From Chiloscyllium plagiosum (taxonomy: Eukaryota), in assembly GCF_004010195.1 (NCBI RefSeq), contig NC_057717.1, positions 104,053,302 to 104,073,301 on the forward strand: a DNA stretch of 20,000 bases, read 5' to 3'. Shown piece after piece: positions 18,711 to 20,000 of the stretch. The notes beneath the pieces were generated by a model. The model made no database searches, was not told the DNA's origin, and saw only the letters and a list, made by a program, of their open reading frames with translations. Position 1 is the stretch's first letter, and each line of letters starts with the position of its first letter. A program made the translations under genes and the position numbers.

Positions 18711-19568
18711 ATGGCTCAATATGGGAACATGACAGTCCTCTATCAAGGCTTTGTTAATGGCAACAGCAGCTCCCCGGCCAACAGCAGCCTCCTTCACAGT
18801 AGCCTATCCCAGAACAACACCAACCCTGTACTGTGTCCATGGAAGCCTACCAACTCGTCCATGGCTGTCGCTATTCCCAGCTTCTCAATGACTCTGGGCG
18901 CCTTGTCCAACATCATCGCCCTCGTCATCCTCATCAAATCCTACGCCCGGTTCCGCAGGCGTTCCAAGGCCACTTTCCTGCTCTTCGCCAGCAGCCTGGT
19001 GCTGACTGATTTTGTCGGGCATGTCATCCCTGGCGCACTGGTCCTGCGGCTCTACTCTGAGAACATCGTCAGCGCTGGGCCCATGTGCCAGTTCCTGGGC
19101 GGCTCCTTGGTGTTCTTTGGCCTGTGCCCGCTCTTCCTGGGCTGCATCATGGCGATCGAGAGGTGTGTAGGCGTCACCAAGCCCCTGCTCCACTCAGCCG
19201 TGGTGACCCCCACCAGGAGTAAGCTGGCCGTGCTCTGCCTTTGGCTGACGGCCGGGTTCGTCGCTTTCCTGCCCATCCTGAACTTCGGCCGATATGGCAT
19301 CCAGTGCCCAAGGACCTGGTGTTTCATCCGCCTGCGAGGCCCTGCCCAGCACTGGACAGAGGATGCCTTTGCCCTGCTCTTCTGTCTCCTGGGAGTGTTG
19401 GCCCTGTTGCTCTCACTGGTCTGCAACACTATCAGTGGAGTGACCCTCATCCAGGCCAGGATTAAGAAGCAGAATTGTAACCGCAGAGCAAAATCCCACG
19501 ACATCGAAATGGTCATCCAATTAATTGGGATCATGATGGTGTCCTGCATCTGCTGGAGCCCTCTTCTG
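18711..19568 (+). CDS. PTGER1: Prostaglandin E2 receptor EP1 subtype, main coding exon (N-terminus to end of TM6, 286 codons; partial CDS)
   Basis: EP1-diagnostic motifs TFLLF..SL..TD..GHVIPGALVLRLY, VFFGLCPL.LGC.MA.ERCVGVT.PLLH, Q.P.TWCFI, HD.EMV.QL.GIM.VSCICWSP. Strong Kozak context (A at -3, G at +4) with an in-frame upstream TAG. Donor CTG|GTGGGT at the TM6 intron position conserved in prostanoid receptors (phase 0). Confidence 0.92.
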
Positions 19569-19639
19569 GTGGGTATTGGCATTACAGTGCAGCATGTCAT
19601 CAGTGGGGAGGGCAGGGGAGGGCAGGTGGTGGTGGTGAG

Positions 19640-20000
19640 GATAAGCGACAGAATTCCAGAGCTCAGGGTCTGGGCTGGAGGAGGGGACAGAGATAAGGAG
19701 GGGGTGGAGGGGCTGGAGGAGGGGACAGAGATAGGGAGGGAGTGTAGGGGCTGGAGGAGGTTACAGAAATAGGGAGGGATATGGGTCTGGAGGAGGTTAC
19801 ACAGATGGGGAGGAGTGTAGGGACTGGAGGTCGTTGCAGATTTAGCAAGAGGTATGGGGCTAGAGGGGTTTACAGAGATAGGGAGGTGTATAGGAGCTAT
19901 AGGGGTCACAGATATAGGTAGGGGTATGGGGTGGAGTGGTTTACAACGATAAGGAGGGGTATCGGGCTGAAGAAGTTTTCAGAGACAGGGAGGGGTGTAC
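19640..20000 (-). repeat. G-rich 34-38-bp degenerate minisatellite derived from an L2 ORF2 segment (continues past window end)
   Basis: About 9 units of GGGGCTGGAGGAGGTTACAGAGATAGGGAGGGG.GTA. The reverse strand translates as PPYFCNLLQP / PPHLCNLLQ, and the adjacent reverse-strand CCCTGAGCTCTGGAATTC encodes PELWNS. Confidence 0.8.

Noticed and set aside
18711..19772. Single-exon 353-aa receptor as the main product
   Set aside because: Homology ends at CWSPLL, at the conserved TM6 donor; TM7 is absent and must be in a downstream exon.
19052..19909. 285-aa antisense ORF overlapping the receptor exon
   Set aside because: Shadow of GC-rich codon usage plus the minisatellite; no recognisable protein and no similarity to a PKN kinase, despite the known PKN1/PTGER1 antisense overlap in mouse.

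Overview
Vertebrate genomic DNA, most likely from a cartilaginous fish (shark), judged from HE1/V-SINE, Deu-domain SINE and CR1/L2 repeat families recognised from memory. The window holds the 5' part of a prostaglandin E2 receptor EP1 gene (PTGER1-like) on the + strand. A probable non-coding exon 1 (about 1-254, donor CAG|GTAGGA) is followed by an ~18.4 kb intron full of nested retroelements and a 775-N assembly gap. The main coding exon follows (tandem NAGNAG acceptor at 18661/18664, ATG 18711, donor after 19568 at the end of TM6); the TM7 exon lies outside the window. The most interesting non-genic signal is a set of minimal type-I hammerhead-ribozyme motifs (CUGAnGA-A-stem II-GAAA-palindromic stem III) in two short repeat families resembling Penelope-like element termini. 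One is apparently intact (2240-2274, minus strand) and two form a same-strand tandem pair 255 nt apart (5594-5633, 5849-5888). Other points: a 3-level nested CR1/SINE insertion with an ORF1 esterase domain, recent tandem duplications, an L2-derived minisatellite, uORFs and an IP-like extra ECL2 cysteine in the receptor. All repeat family names are recognition-based, not database-verified.
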